NCBI GenBank assembly: GCA_964244895.1
Contig: CAXTKV010000001.1
Location: forward strand, 810 to 64,809
DNA from: an uncultured Deinococcales bacterium
GTDB lineage: Bacteria; Deinococcota; Deinococci; Deinococcales; JAAFIG01
Length of the DNA: 64,000 bases
Direction of reading: 5' to 3'
Position numbers and translations under genes: made by a program. Positions within the stretch are counted from its first letter, which is position 1. Each line of letters starts with the position of its first letter. Shown piece after piece: positions 19,726 through 30,168 of the stretch. Under the pieces are notes generated by a model, which saw only the letters and a list, made by a program, of their open reading frames with translations, made no database searches and was not told the DNA's origin.

Positions 19726-20040
19726 ATGCGCGCCGCCGATCCCGTGGGCTACCTAGCCTCGCTGTTGGTGCTGACCGCCTTCTGTATGCGCGGCATCGTG
19801 GCGCTGCGGGTCGCGGCCATCGCCAGCAACCTGGCGTTCATCGTCTACGCCGCGCTTTCCGGCATCGAGCCGGTGCTGTTGCTGCACGCGCTGCTGCTGC
19901 CCGTGAACGTCTACCGCCTGGCCCAAGCCCTGCGCGGTGAGCGCCGAGCCATGACCGAAGCGCCCCCGCTGTGTCAACCTTTCGCCCTCGAGCCTGATGT
20001 TCGAGAACTGAGTGTTCGAGAACAAGGAGGACCACCGTGA
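19726..20040 (+). CDS. Small membrane protein (104 aa)
   Basis: It has two or three hydrophobic helices (GYLASLLVLTAFCM, IASNLAFIVYAAL, VLLLHALLLPV). Its stop overlaps the next start (GTGA). Confidence 0.6.
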   Translation: MRAADPVGYLASLLVLTAFCMRGIVALRVAAIASNLAFIVYAALSGIEPVLLLHALLLPVNVYRLAQALRGERRAMTEAPPLCQPFALEPDVRELSVREQGGPP

Positions 20041-20318
20041 TCAATTTTGTTTTGCCCGAACCCACGCACCTGTGCATCAACCCCGATTGCCGCGACCGCA
20101 AGTGGAACCTCACGCGGCTCGAGCGCGGCCTGTGGCGGCTGCGCTCAGGCCGGGGCGTGTACACGATGGGCGCGGTTCAGCCCGTCTGCCCAATCTGCGG
20201 CGCGTCCCTCCTCGAGATTGTCGCGCTGGAACCCGCGCCGGAGCAGTCCGAAGAAGCCCGCACGCTCGAAACCCGGCGCGTCAACACAGCGTCGCTCATC
20301 CCCGAAGCCTCTCGATGA
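20037..20318 (+). CDS. Small zinc-ribbon protein (93 aa)
   Basis: The GTG start overlaps the upstream stop. Two Cys pairs are CINPDC .. CPIC. Confidence 0.55.
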   Translation: MINFVLPEPTHLCINPDCRDRKWNLTRLERGLWRLRSGRGVYTMGAVQPVCPICGASLLEIVALEPAPEQSEEARTLETRRVNTASLIPEASR

Positions 20319-20331
20319 CAAGGAGAAGACC

Positions 20332-20928
20332 ATGAACGCACTCAAGCTCATTGGAACCGTTCTGTTCGTCGCGTCGCTCGCCGCCTGCGGCACGACCAAG
20401 ACCGTGGATCAAGCCGAAGAACCCGCCACGACGGATCCGTACACCTACGTTCTGGACGGACAATCCACCACGCCCGAGACCCTCGAGCGATTGATCGCGC
20501 AGGGAACGCACCTGAGTTACTTCGTGCCGTCCGGTTGGGACGGCAAAACCATGCGAGCCTACAGCAGCGAAGCGGGCCTGAACGCGGCCAGGGCGCAACA
20601 GGATCAGCGGATCCGGACGCAAAGCTTCTGCATCCCCTCACCGTGGCGCACCAAGACCAAGTTCTACGACGGCGTGAACTACACCGGCGACAAACTCGAG
20701 CTCGGCAGGAGCACCTCGTTCATGGACCTCGCGGCCATCAACATCAACGGACGGAACTGGGACAACGACATCAGCTCCGTCAAGGGCGTGGATTGCGGGT
20801 ACTCGTACCTGTACGACTGGGTCAACCCCAACATCGTGATCTCACCGGGCACGGACCTGTCCGCCCTGCCCTACCCGTACAACACCGGGCCGGGGGTCAG
20901 CACGATCTCGGCCATCGCCGTGAATTAA
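20332..20928 (+). CDS. Lipoprotein with beta/gamma-crystallin-like (peptidase inhibitor I36-like) C-terminal domain
   Basis: ORF 20047..20928. ATG 20332 follows AAGGAG. Lipobox is VLFVASLAAC. The C-terminal ..KFYDGVNYTGDKLELGRST..NWDNDISSVKG.. resembles a Greek-key motif. Confidence 0.75.
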   Translation: MNALKLIGTVLFVASLAACGTTKTVDQAEEPATTDPYTYVLDGQSTTPETLERLIAQGTHLSYFVPSGWDGKTMRAYSSEAGLNAARAQQDQRIRTQSFCIPSPWRTKTKFYDGVNYTGDKLELGRSTSFMDLAAININGRNWDNDISSVKGVDCGYSYLYDWVNPNIVISPGTDLSALPYPYNTGPGVSTISAIAVN

Positions 20929-20960
20929 GTCCTCACTTGCCGCTCGAGGCCGATTCAGCC

Positions 20961-21006
20961 GACACCGTCCAGAGAGCAAAAACACGTCTGCGTCCTGGAC
21001 GGTGTT
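20961..21006. repeat. IR family copy
   Basis: GACACCGTCCAGAGAGCaaaaacacgtctGCGTCCTGGACGGTGTT. Confidence 0.75.
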
Positions 21007-21068
21007 CCCGAGCGCTCAAGGCTCGGGTTGACCGCGAGGGGCCTATCCCGAACTCGCGAGGAGCAACC

Positions 21069-24000
21069 ATGAACCACCGCAGTTTCAGCACCGTTCTCGC
21101 CACGTCTGTCCTGCTCACCGCGTGCGGTGGGGGTGCACCGCCCCCGCCGCCACCCGTGACCGTCACCATCGGCGCGGCGGGCGGCACGGTCAACGGTCCG
21201 TCCGGTGCGACGGTCGTGATTCCCGCCGGGGCGCTGGCGAAGGACACGCCCATCGGCATCGCGCAATCGGACGCCGGAGCGCCCGCCCTGCCCGCTGGCG
21301 CGACCACCCTCGGCGCGATGTTCGCCTTCACCCCGCACGGCACGGTCTTCGCCAAGCCCGTGACGATGACCGTACCGTTCGATCCGGGCAAGGTTCCCGC
21401 CGGAACCACCCCGGTGCTCTTGAAGACCAACGCCGCGATGAACGGTTGGGACACGGTGGCCGGGGCGACCGTGAGCGGCAGCGTCATGACCGCACAGGTG
21501 ACAGGCTTTTCGCTCTTAATCGTCACGCCGCAGAACGGCCTGTTGCGTGGCGACCCGAAGCGCGACTGGGAGTTCAAGGCGTTCGCGGGAGACGGAACGC
21601 TGAAGTCGGTGAAGAAACCACCGCCGCAGACCGGGGGGCTGGTGGACGACACCTACCAGTACAACGGGGGCGGAATCGGCAACGTCCACTCGACCGAGGA
21701 CGGCAAGACGTACTGGGCCTTTGCCTCGAGCCCGAGGGGTTCGATCCTGGACGCGAGCAGCCAGATCGGCAACCAGGTCTGGTTACACCACCTCCAGAGC
21801 TTCACGAAGGTAGAAGCCGACGCGAACCTCAAACTCACCATCACCGCCGTGACGCTGAACGCTGCGGAGATCAGTGCTTCCGACATCCTCCCCTACGAGT
21901 GCGTGGTCAAGCCGGAGTGCGACCTGTACGCGTACTCTGCGGTCAACTTCTGGGTATCGACCTACGGTCGTGACCACGACGACAAATACTGGAGCTTTTA
22001 CGCCAGCGGGCGCACCGAAATGTCCGACCGTGGGATCAACGCCTCGCAGCCCACACCGTGCAAGCGCGACTGGAAGGTGGATTACGGCATCTGGGGCGGT
22101 CGCGTGCCGGACGACCAGATCACGCCGCTCTGGGGCAAGGACGATTTCGAGGAGGCTGCCACCTCGAACAACTGCGGGTACACGGTCAAGCTCAAGAAGC
22201 CGATCACGATCTTCATCAACCTCTCGAAGGTGGATGTCGGCAAGGATTTCACGCTGGAAACTGACGTGCTCACCTCGACCTACAACGAGGCCGGGGGCGA
22301 GGGCGGGCTCTTCGCGTACTTCCGCGACCCCGTGAATCCCGTCGGCGGCACGCTCGAGTACACGGGGCTCAAGCCCAGCAGCAACCCCCCGACGCCGCGC
22401 CAGCCTCCCGAAGCGCTCCCCGCGTGTCAGACCGGCCCGGACCCGGCGGCGGGAACGCTGCAATTCGGCGCCGCCAGCTACTACCAGAAAGAGGTTCCGG
22501 TCAGCCGGAACCCGATCCTGGTGACGCGCACGGGCGGCAGCAAGGGCGCGGCGAGTGCTCGGGTGCGCTCGAGCGACGGCTCGGCCCACGCCGGGACGGA
22601 CTACACGGCGGTGGACACGGTGGTGCTCTTTGGCGACGGCGACGCGCAGCCGCGAACCGTCGAGGTGCCGCTGACCCTCGACACCATCGCCGAGCCGGAC
22701 AAGAACTTGACGTTGACCCTGTCCGACCCTCGAGGTTGCGGGGCGTTGGGCGCGCAGAAAACGGCGACGCTTTCCATCCTCGACAACGACCGGCTCATAC
22801 CCGATAACTCGCACACCCTGGGCGGTACGGTCTCAGGCTTGACGGGGACAGGCTTGGTGCTCGAGGACGGGCACTTCAACCGGTTCACCCCGATTGGCAA
22901 CGGCCCTTTCACCTTCAACCTCAGGTACCAGCCGAACACGACCTACGACGTTCAGGTGGTTGCGCAGCCCTCCAACCCGATCCAGACATGCAGCGTCACC
23001 GACGGCAAGGGCACGATCACCGCCGATGTCACCAAGGTCGCGGTGAACTGCGTCACGCCGGGGCAGAACCCGGCGCTCGACGCGAGTTTCGGCGGGGGCA
23101 AGGTGGCCTCGAGCCGGATCGGGTCTGCGGTGGCGCTGGCCCTGCAGGGTGACGGCAAAATCCTGGCGTTGAGCGGCGGGGCGCTCGCCCGGTTCAACCC
23201 GGACGGCAGCCTGGACGCGGGTTTCGGCCCGGGCGGCGCGGTGACCATCGCGTTCAAGGGCGGGAGCAGCCTCAACACGGCGCAGGATCTGGCGCTCCAG
23301 AACGATGGGAAGATCGTGGTGGTAGGCAAGGTCGTGCCCCTTCAGGGCTTCAACGATGACTTCGCGCTGGTGCGCCTCAACCCGGACGGCAGCTTGGACG
23401 CGGGCTTCGGCTCGGGCGGTACGGTGAACACCGATTTTGGCGGCTCGACGGATCGGGCCAACGCCGTGTTCATCCAGCCCGATGGTCGCATCGTCGTCGC
23501 CGGGAGCGCGGTCGTGGGTTCGCCTTTGACCACCGACTTCGCGGTGGCCCGGTACGCCTCGAGCGGGGCCTTGGACTCGAGCCTGGGCGGGAACGGCAAG
23601 GTCACGATCAACATCGCGGGCCTGTCGGATATCGCCAACGCGGTAGTCGTGCAGGGCGATGGCAAGATCGTCCTGACGGGCGCGGTCGAGAAAGACAACG
23701 CCTCCAACTCAGACGTGGGCCTGGTGCGCCTCAACCCGGATGGCGGCCCGGATACTGGCTTCGGTGGTGCGGGCACGGGCGTCGTCCAGGTCGACCTCAG
23801 CAAGGGCGGCAGCGACTCGGCATCCGACCTGACCCTGCAACCAGACGGGAAAATCCTGGTGTCCGGAACCGCCCCGACGAACTTCATGGTGGCCCGCTTC
23901 ACGCCGGGCGGAACGCTCGATAGCACCTTCGGCAGCCAGGGTCTGGCTGCCGCCGACATCAGCACCGGCCTGGACTTCGGCAACGACCTGGCCCTCCAAG

Positions 24001-24257
24001 CCGACGGCAAGATCGTGGTGGTGGGGGATGTTTCGGCTTTGCAGAAGAACACCGGCGATTTCGGCGTCGTGCGCTACAACGCCGACGGCAGCCTGGACGC
24101 GGGCTTTGGCAGCGGCGGCAAACTGCGGCTGGATTTCTTCGGCGCGGACGACGGGGCGAATGCCGTGGTGATCCAGCCCGACGGCAAGATCGTGGTCGGC
24201 GGCTTCGCCAAGAACGGCTCGAGCGCCGGGATCGGGCTGGTGCGCGTCAATCCCTGA
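21069..24257 (+). CDS. Large surface lipoprotein with a Calx-beta domain and C-terminal delta-60-type repeats
   Basis: ORF 20535..24257. ATG 21069 follows GAGGAG. Lipobox is VLLTAC followed by a poly-Pro stretch. The Calx-beta-like segment is GTLQFGAASYYQKEV..HAGTDYTAVDTVVLFGDGDAQPRTVEVPL..ILDND. It is followed by about 9 repeats of ..NPDGSLDAGFG.GG......ALQ.DGKIVVVG. Confidence 0.85.
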   Translation: MNHRSFSTVLATSVLLTACGGGAPPPPPPVTVTIGAAGGTVNGPSGATVVIPAGALAKDTPIGIAQSDAGAPALPAGATTLGAMFAFTPHGTVFAKPVTMTVPFDPGKVPAGTTPVLLKTNAAMNGWDTVAGATVSGSVMTAQVTGFSLLIVTPQNGLLRGDPKRDWEFKAFAGDGTLKSVKKPPPQTGGLVDDTYQYNGGGIGNVHSTEDGKTYWAFASSPRGSILDASSQIGNQVWLHHLQSFTKVEADANLKLTITAVTLNAAEISASDILPYECVVKPECDLYAYSAVNFWVSTYGRDHDDKYWSFYASGRTEMSDRGINASQPTPCKRDWKVDYGIWGGRVPDDQITPLWGKDDFEEAATSNNCGYTVKLKKPITIFINLSKVDVGKDFTLETDVLTSTYNEAGGEGGLFAYFRDPVNPVGGTLEYTGLKPSSNPPTPRQPPEALPACQTGPDPAAGTLQFGAASYYQKEVPVSRNPILVTRTGGSKGAASARVRSSDGSAHAGTDYTAVDTVVLFGDGDAQPRTVEVPLTLDTIAEPDKNLTLTLSDPRGCGALGAQKTATLSILDNDRLIPDNSHTLGGTVSGLTGTGLVLEDGHFNRFTPIGNGPFTFNLRYQPNTTYDVQVVAQPSNPIQTCSVTDGKGTITADVTKVAVNCVTPGQNPALDASFGGGKVASSRIGSAVALALQGDGKILALSGGALARFNPDGSLDAGFGPGGAVTIAFKGGSSLNTAQDLALQNDGKIVVVGKVVPLQGFNDDFALVRLNPDGSLDAGFGSGGTVNTDFGGSTDRANAVFIQPDGRIVVAGSAVVGSPLTTDFAVARYASSGALDSSLGGNGKVTINIAGLSDIANAVVVQGDGKIVLTGAVEKDNASNSDVGLVRLNPDGGPDTGFGGAGTGVVQVDLSKGGSDSASDLTLQPDGKILVSGTAPTNFMVARFTPGGTLDSTFGSQGLAAADISTGLDFGNDLALQADGKIVVVGDVSALQKNTGDFGVVRYNADGSLDAGFGSGGKLRLDFFGADDGANAVVIQPDGKIVVGGFAKNGSSAGIGLVRVNP

Positions 24258-24269
24258 TGAGCATTCCCT

Positions 24270-24327
24270 CTCGAGAACACCGTCTCAGACGCGAATACAA
24301 ATCTGCGTGCGGGACGGTGTCCTCGAG
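24270..24327. repeat. IR family copy
   Basis: ctcgagAACACCGTCTCAGACGCgaatacaaatctGCGTGCGGGACGGTGTCctcgag. Confidence 0.8.
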
Positions 24328-24402
24328 ACGCACTCCGATTTCGAGAGCACCTACGAACCCGCGTTCTCGGGCTTTCCTCGAGAACACTCGGAAAGGAACA
24401 CC

Positions 24403-25731
24403 ATGAGTTCAGCCGAGCTGGACATCCAGGCCATCCGCGATCACTTCGTATTCCCCCAAACGGGCCGGATCGTCACCAACAACGCCGCCAGCACCCAACC
24501 GCCGCGCGAGTTGCTCGAGCTGTACCGGTCGCTCGCGCCCGCTTACGAGAACGTTCACCGGGGGCAGTCGAGCGCCTCGCAGGAGATGACGCGGTTGTTC
24601 GAGGACTCTTACGACACGATCGCGGCTTTCCTGAACGCGCCGAGCCGACGCAACATCGCGCTCTACCGCAACGCGACCGAGGCGATCAACGCCGTGATGT
24701 ACTCCCTGTTAACCGAGTTCCGCGATGGCGATAACCTGGTCACGACACTGATGGAACACAACTCGAATTACGTGCCCTGGTACGCGCTGTGCCGCGAGAT
24801 TCTGCCAAAGTTCGGGCGGCGCGTGGAGTGCCGGCTGGCGCGCTTCGATCCGCGCACAGGCGAACTCGATCTCGAGCAGCTGGCCTCACTGGTGGACTCC
24901 AGGACGAAGCTCGTGTGTTGTACGGGTGCATCGAATTTCCTGGGGACGCGCAACCCGATTCCCGCCATCCGGGAAATCGCCGACTCGAGCGGCTACGCCC
25001 AGCCGAACGGCGAGCATCGCTCGTACCTGCTCGTGGACGGTGCGCAACTCGTGCCGGGCGGATTCGTGGACGTGCGGGCACTCGACGTGGATTACCTGGC
25101 CTTTTCGTTTCACAAACTGCTGGCTCCGTTCGGCGTCGGGGCGCTCTACGCCAAAGAGCACCTGCTCGAGTCCTCGCTGCCTTTCCTGTACGGCGGGGAC
25201 ATGATCGCCGAAGGGCTCGTGCTGCCCGAACGGGTCGAGTACAACGAACTGCCGTGGAAGTACGCGGCTGGGACGCCCAACATTCTCGGCGCGATCGTCT
25301 CGGCGCAGGCGCTGCGATTGCTGCTCGATCTGGCCCTGACGCCCACGCGAGCCTCGTACTTCTTCACCCGCAAACCCATCGAAGGGACGGAAGTTGAACG
25401 CGCCATGAACCGCGTGTCCGGCTGGAACCGTGAACTCACGGCGCGAGCGCTCGGGCGGCTGGAGAACATTCCGGGAATCACGATTTACGGCCCTCGAGAT
25501 GCGGCGCGGCGCACCTCGCTGGTCGCCTTCAACCTCGCGGGGCGCGATCCCACGAATCTGGCGCGAGCCCTGAACGAGGCCAGTGTGGAATCGCGGGCCG
25601 GTTGCCACTGTGCGACGCTGGCGCACCACGCGCTCGGGCTGACGCCGCCAGCCAGTTGCCGCTTGAGTTTTTACCTGTACAACACGCCCGAGGAGGTTGA
25701 TCGCGCCGTGGATGCGCTCGAGTCAGCGTGA
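24403..25731 (+). CDS. Class V aminotransferase / cysteine desulfurase-like PLP enzyme
   Basis: ORF 24307..25731, with ATG 24403 (MSSAELDIQAIRDHF). The PLP-lysine motif is FSFHKLLAPFGVGALY and the conserved C-terminal Cys lies in SRAGCHCA. Confidence 0.88.
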   Translation: MSSAELDIQAIRDHFVFPQTGRIVTNNAASTQPPRELLELYRSLAPAYENVHRGQSSASQEMTRLFEDSYDTIAAFLNAPSRRNIALYRNATEAINAVMYSLLTEFRDGDNLVTTLMEHNSNYVPWYALCREILPKFGRRVECRLARFDPRTGELDLEQLASLVDSRTKLVCCTGASNFLGTRNPIPAIREIADSSGYAQPNGEHRSYLLVDGAQLVPGGFVDVRALDVDYLAFSFHKLLAPFGVGALYAKEHLLESSLPFLYGGDMIAEGLVLPERVEYNELPWKYAAGTPNILGAIVSAQALRLLLDLALTPTRASYFFTRKPIEGTEVERAMNRVSGWNRELTARALGRLENIPGITIYGPRDAARRTSLVAFNLAGRDPTNLARALNEASVESRAGCHCATLAHHALGLTPPASCRLSFYLYNTPEEVDRAVDALESA

Positions 25732-25804
25732 GGCGATCCCGTCTCATATCCGGTCATAGGACAATATTGCCCGAGAAGGCTCGCAGGTCTATGTGATTCA
25801 AGAC

Positions 25805-25848
25805 GCGTCCTGGACGCTGTTTATCTTCAGGAGCACCGTCCAGAACGC
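25805..25848. repeat. IR family arms in swapped order
   Basis: GCGTCCTGGACGCTGTT-tatcttcagg-AGCACCGTCCAGAACGC, with the right-arm type first and the left-arm type second. Confidence 0.65.
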
Positions 25849-25853
25849 TATTT

Positions 25854-27059
25854 TTATTCGTACCTGAAGACACGCGCGCCGATCACCAAGAAGATCGCCG
25901 TGAAACCCAGCAGGATCAGCGTGTGCGGCAGAACCGTGACCGGAGCCGCGCCGCGCAGCATGACGTTCTGCATGGCGTCCATGCCCCAGAAGGTCGGCAG
26001 AACCCGCGCCAGCGTCTGCATCCAGCTCGGCGTGACGCTGATCGGCCACCACAGCCCGCCGAGCGAAGAGGCGACCGTCACCGCCATCAACGAAAACGAG
26101 GTCAGTTGCGCGGGCGTTCGCGTCAGCGCGGCGCTCAACGACCCGAAGGCGCTCGATGCGAGCGCGAAGGCGATCGCGGGCAGCGCGACCACCGCCACGT
26201 TGCCCCAGCGCACGCCCAGCACCAGCCCGGAAAACGCCATCATCGCGCCCAGTTGCACCACCAGGATCGCGGTGTTGCCCAAGAGCTTGCCGGACACGAT
26301 CGCCAGCCAACTGACGGGCGCGGCGAACAACCGCGCCAGCGTGCCGGAAAGCCGATCGCGTTGCAGCGCCAACCCGGTCTGCGCGCCGAACAGGAGCGCG
26401 AACATCAGCATCATGCCGGGTGTCGTCTGGGTCGCGCCCGTGGCGGTCAGGGCGCTCGAGCTGCGTTCCGTCTGGGTGGCGGTGGCGCTGAAGGTGAAGA
26501 CGGGTTTCTGAAGAAGCCCTTCAGTGCGGCGTTGAGCATCGTCCAGCGCGGCGTTTGAGGCTTTCGGGTCCTGGGCGCGGACGGCGTCGCGGGCGGTAAA
26601 AGGAACCTGCAAGCGCGCGGCGGCGGCCCGCAATGTCAACAGACCGTCCCAGGCGCGCGCGTTGTTGGCCGTCAGCACGTCCAATAGGACGCTCCCGGCG
26701 CGAAATTGCGCGTCGAAATCCGCCGGTAAGCGCACCCACAAGTCCCGTTCGACCCTCGAGACCAGGTTGGCGGCGCGGCGATCGGCGTTTTCCAGAGCCA
26801 CGCTGCCGCGTTCGATCTGGGCGCGGTACGCGCGGGCCAGCGGCGTGTCTGGCCCGGAGTACAGAATCCTGACCGGGCTGACCTCGGTGGTCTGAAAGAT
26901 CGCCAGGACGCTGGAGAAAATGATCGGCAGCAACAAGAGCATCACCACCAGCCGGGGTTGGGTCAGCGTGTGCCGCGCCTCGCCGACGGCGACCGCAAAG
27001 ACCGTCCACAGCGAACCGCGCCGTCTGAACGGCTGTGGCGTGGTCTTGGCGGTGTTCAC
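25854..27059 (-). CDS. ABC-2 type transporter permease (second permease)
   Basis: ORF 25854..27419. GTG 27059 overlaps the upstream gene's TGA (GTGA). It has an N-terminal TM, a large extracytoplasmic loop and then 5 C-terminal TM helices, as in ABC-2 exporters. Confidence 0.8.
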   Translation of the reverse strand: MNTAKTTPQPFRRRGSLWTVFAVAVGEARHTLTQPRLVVMLLLLPIIFSSVLAIFQTTEVSPVRILYSGPDTPLARAYRAQIERGSVALENADRRAANLVSRVERDLWVRLPADFDAQFRAGSVLLDVLTANNARAWDGLLTLRAAAARLQVPFTARDAVRAQDPKASNAALDDAQRRTEGLLQKPVFTFSATATQTERSSSALTATGATQTTPGMMLMFALLFGAQTGLALQRDRLSGTLARLFAAPVSWLAIVSGKLLGNTAILVVQLGAMMAFSGLVLGVRWGNVAVVALPAIAFALASSAFGSLSAALTRTPAQLTSFSLMAVTVASSLGGLWWPISVTPSWMQTLARVLPTFWGMDAMQNVMLRGAAPVTVLPHTLILLGFTAIFLVIGARVFRYE

Positions 27060-28246
27060 AGCCTGAACCACCGCGTCAAGCGCGCCGCGCCGAACGCCAG
27101 CCCGATTGCGCCCATGAGGCTCAGCACCAGCACGTCCGGCAAAATGTCCGGCAAGCCCAATCCGGGCACGGACAGCGTCTGGAATCCCTCTATCGCCCAA
27201 CGGTTGTAGGTCAGCCTGGACAGTCCCTGCGCCAGTCCGGGCAGGGTTTCGATCGGCCAGATCGAACCGCCCAGCAGGCTCATGATCAGCACGAACACGA
27301 GTGAGAGCACGTTGACCTGCTCGTGGCTTTGCGCCAACCCGATGACCACGCCGCCGAAGCCCGCGGCGGCGGCGGCGGTCGCCACGATTCCGATAAAAGC
27401 CGGAAGCACCGGCCCCCAACTGACGCCGAACAGCAGCGAAGTCATGACGGCGAACAGCCCGAGTTGCAGAATCGCCAGTATGGTCAGGGCCAGGAATTTG
27501 GCCAGGATCAATCCGGTCGGCGTCAACGGCGCGCTCAGGAGTCTGGCGATGGTGCCGCGCTCGATCTCGTCCAGCAGGCCGCCCGCGCCGTTGGTGACGG
27601 ACAACAGCGTGAACATCACGCCGAAGGCGATCGCGTAGTACGCCAGCAAACCCTGCGAGCGCCCACTGGCGAGCGACCTCGAGATCTGCACGATCGGGTG
27701 CTCCAGCGCCGTCTGCACGCGCGGTTGGATCGCGGCGATGTAGCGCCCGAGCGTCGGCGCATCGGGGGGTTGCAGCGCCTGGACTGCGCCCAGCAGGGCC
27801 GAGCGTCCCGCCTCGAGCTGCGCCAGGTAGGCGCGCGTGACCTGCTCGATCACCAGCGCCCGCTCTCGGCTGGCGGCATCGCTGATGATCCGCACTTCGG
27901 CGCTGGCATCGGTGCGCAGCAAGGCGCGGCGCGCGCTATCGGGCAATTCGACCAGCATCACCAACCGGCCCTCGCGCACGGCGGCCTCGCCTTCGGTGGC
28001 GGTGAAACGCTGCACGGATGCCAGGTTGGCGTCCGTCAGGATCTTCTCGAGGCCGCGGCTGATGGAATCGTCCGCCGCCACCAGCCCGACCGGGACGGGA
28101 CTGATGGCCTTCGATCCGCCGAGCGCCGTGCCCAGGATCAGCGTCAAGATCAGCGGCAACAGGAGCGTCTGCACGAAAAACGCCCTGGAGCGCAACTGCG
28201 CCAGCAGATCGCGCTCCACGATGCGGTAGATCGCCCTAAAATTCAC
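27056..28246 (-). CDS. ABC-2 type transporter permease (first permease)
   Basis: ORF 27056..28297. The upstream 17 codons derive from the IR repeat, so GTG 28246 (VNFRAIYRIVERDLL) is preferred. The topology matches its paralogue. Confidence 0.8.
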   Translation of the reverse strand: MNFRAIYRIVERDLLAQLRSRAFFVQTLLLPLILTLILGTALGGSKAISPVPVGLVAADDSISRGLEKILTDANLASVQRFTATEGEAAVREGRLVMLVELPDSARRALLRTDASAEVRIISDAASRERALVIEQVTRAYLAQLEAGRSALLGAVQALQPPDAPTLGRYIAAIQPRVQTALEHPIVQISRSLASGRSQGLLAYYAIAFGVMFTLLSVTNGAGGLLDEIERGTIARLLSAPLTPTGLILAKFLALTILAILQLGLFAVMTSLLFGVSWGPVLPAFIGIVATAAAAAGFGGVVIGLAQSHEQVNVLSLVFVLIMSLLGGSIWPIETLPGLAQGLSRLTYNRWAIEGFQTLSVPGLGLPDILPDVLVLSLMGAIGLAFGAARLTRWFRL

Positions 28247-28270
28247 GCTGAACCCCAGCGCTCGAAATAC

Positions 28271-28320
28271 GAGAACACCGTGCTGGACGCAACCCAAGAG
28301 AGACTGTGCTGGACGGTGTT
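28271..28320. repeat. IR family copy (degenerate left arm)
   Basis: GAGAACACCGTGCTGGACGCaacccaagagagactGTGCTGGACGGTGTT. Confidence 0.7.
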
Positions 28321-28390
28321 TGCGTTACCGACTCGAGCTGTGAGCTTCGAGATCGCGCCAGCGTCTCCTCAAGCGCAAGGTTGAGCACCC

Positions 28391-28411
28391 CCGAGCCCTG
28401 AGCCCTGAGCG
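28391..28411. repeat. 7-bp tandem array, 3 units
   Basis: ccgagcc ctgagcc ctgagcg, between the IR copy and the ABC ATPase stop codon. Confidence 0.7.
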
Positions 28412-28413
28412 CC

Positions 28414-29352
<939 letters not shown>

Positions 29353-29444
29353 ACGGCGGCTTTGGAGCGCCAGAAAAGCGCGGCGTGAGACAGCCCGAGC
29401 GCCCCGTCCCGAAAAACCCGTCAGGCTCGAGGTGAACCTCTAAA

Positions 29445-29462
29445 AACACCGTCTGGAACGCG
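29445..29462. repeat. IR family, solo left arm
   Basis: AACACCGTCTGGAACGCG without a partner arm. Confidence 0.55.
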
Positions 29463-29617
29463 ACGTGCAACTTCGATCCCACCTGCGCGAACTCGAGCCA
29501 GGATCGAAGGGACGATGGGCGTCCCTTCAAGAAATCCTCACCCCGACCCGCGCGGCCTTCCGTACACTGATCACGGTTCCCGAGCCGCAACCGCGCGGGA
29601 TCACCCGTGGAGGACGC

Positions 29618-30052
29618 ATGAAACCAGCCTACGTACTCGCCGTGACCATCCTTGCCATCGCCGCTACCGTCGCCCTGCCAGACGCGAGTGCCCGCCCCGC
29701 CTACCGCCAGGTGGTGATTGATCAATTCAAGCTCGCGCCCGACAAGGACGGCACCCAGAGCGTCGGCTGCCAGTACTGCCACGCGGCAGCCTTCGGCGGC
29801 GGATCGTGGAACGCCTTCGGAAACGCGGTGCGAAGCGCCTTCACCGGCGCGGCCAACCGCAACATCAACCAGGCGCTCTACTTGACCCTCAAGGCCAGCA
29901 AGGATTCCGACGGTGACGGTTACTCCGACGCGCTCGAGGTCTACGCCAAGACCATGCCCGGAGACGCGAAATCCAAGCCCTCCAAGACGGTCGCTGCGCT
30001 CCAGGCGGCCTTCAAGAAGGCGGGCGGCACGGATCAGTACAAGCCCAAGTAA
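29618..30052 (+). CDS. Secreted mono-haem cytochrome c-like protein with Asp-rich Ca-binding-like motif
   Basis: ORF 29465..30052. ATG 29618 follows GGAGGA. The signal peptide is MKPAYVLAVTILAIAATVALPDASA. There is a single CQYCH (CxxCH) motif and a DSDGDGYSDALE motif. Confidence 0.7.
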   Translation: MKPAYVLAVTILAIAATVALPDASARPAYRQVVIDQFKLAPDKDGTQSVGCQYCHAAAFGGGSWNAFGNAVRSAFTGAANRNINQALYLTLKASKDSDGDGYSDALEVYAKTMPGDAKSKPSKTVAALQAAFKKAGGTDQYKPK

Positions 30053-30060
30053 GATTCAAG

Positions 30061-30109
30061 AGAACACCGTCCAGTACGCACTTTTGAGAGTGTCGCACCC
30101 GACGGTGTT
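30061..30109. repeat. IR family copy
   Basis: AGAACACCGTCCAGTACGCacttttgagagtGTCGCACCCGACGGTGTT followed by a T-rich run. Confidence 0.75.
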
Positions 30110-30168
30110 TCTTTTCGCGCGCGGTTCGGGACTGGGAAGCGCCCAGTCGAGCTCGTATACTCTGCCGC

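Noticed and set aside
20535-21068. N-terminal extension of track ORF 20535..24257 (and 20047..20331 of ORF 20047..20928)
   Set aside because: The extensions overlap the better-supported upstream genes and an IR repeat. Clear RBS plus lipobox starts exist at 21069 and 20332.
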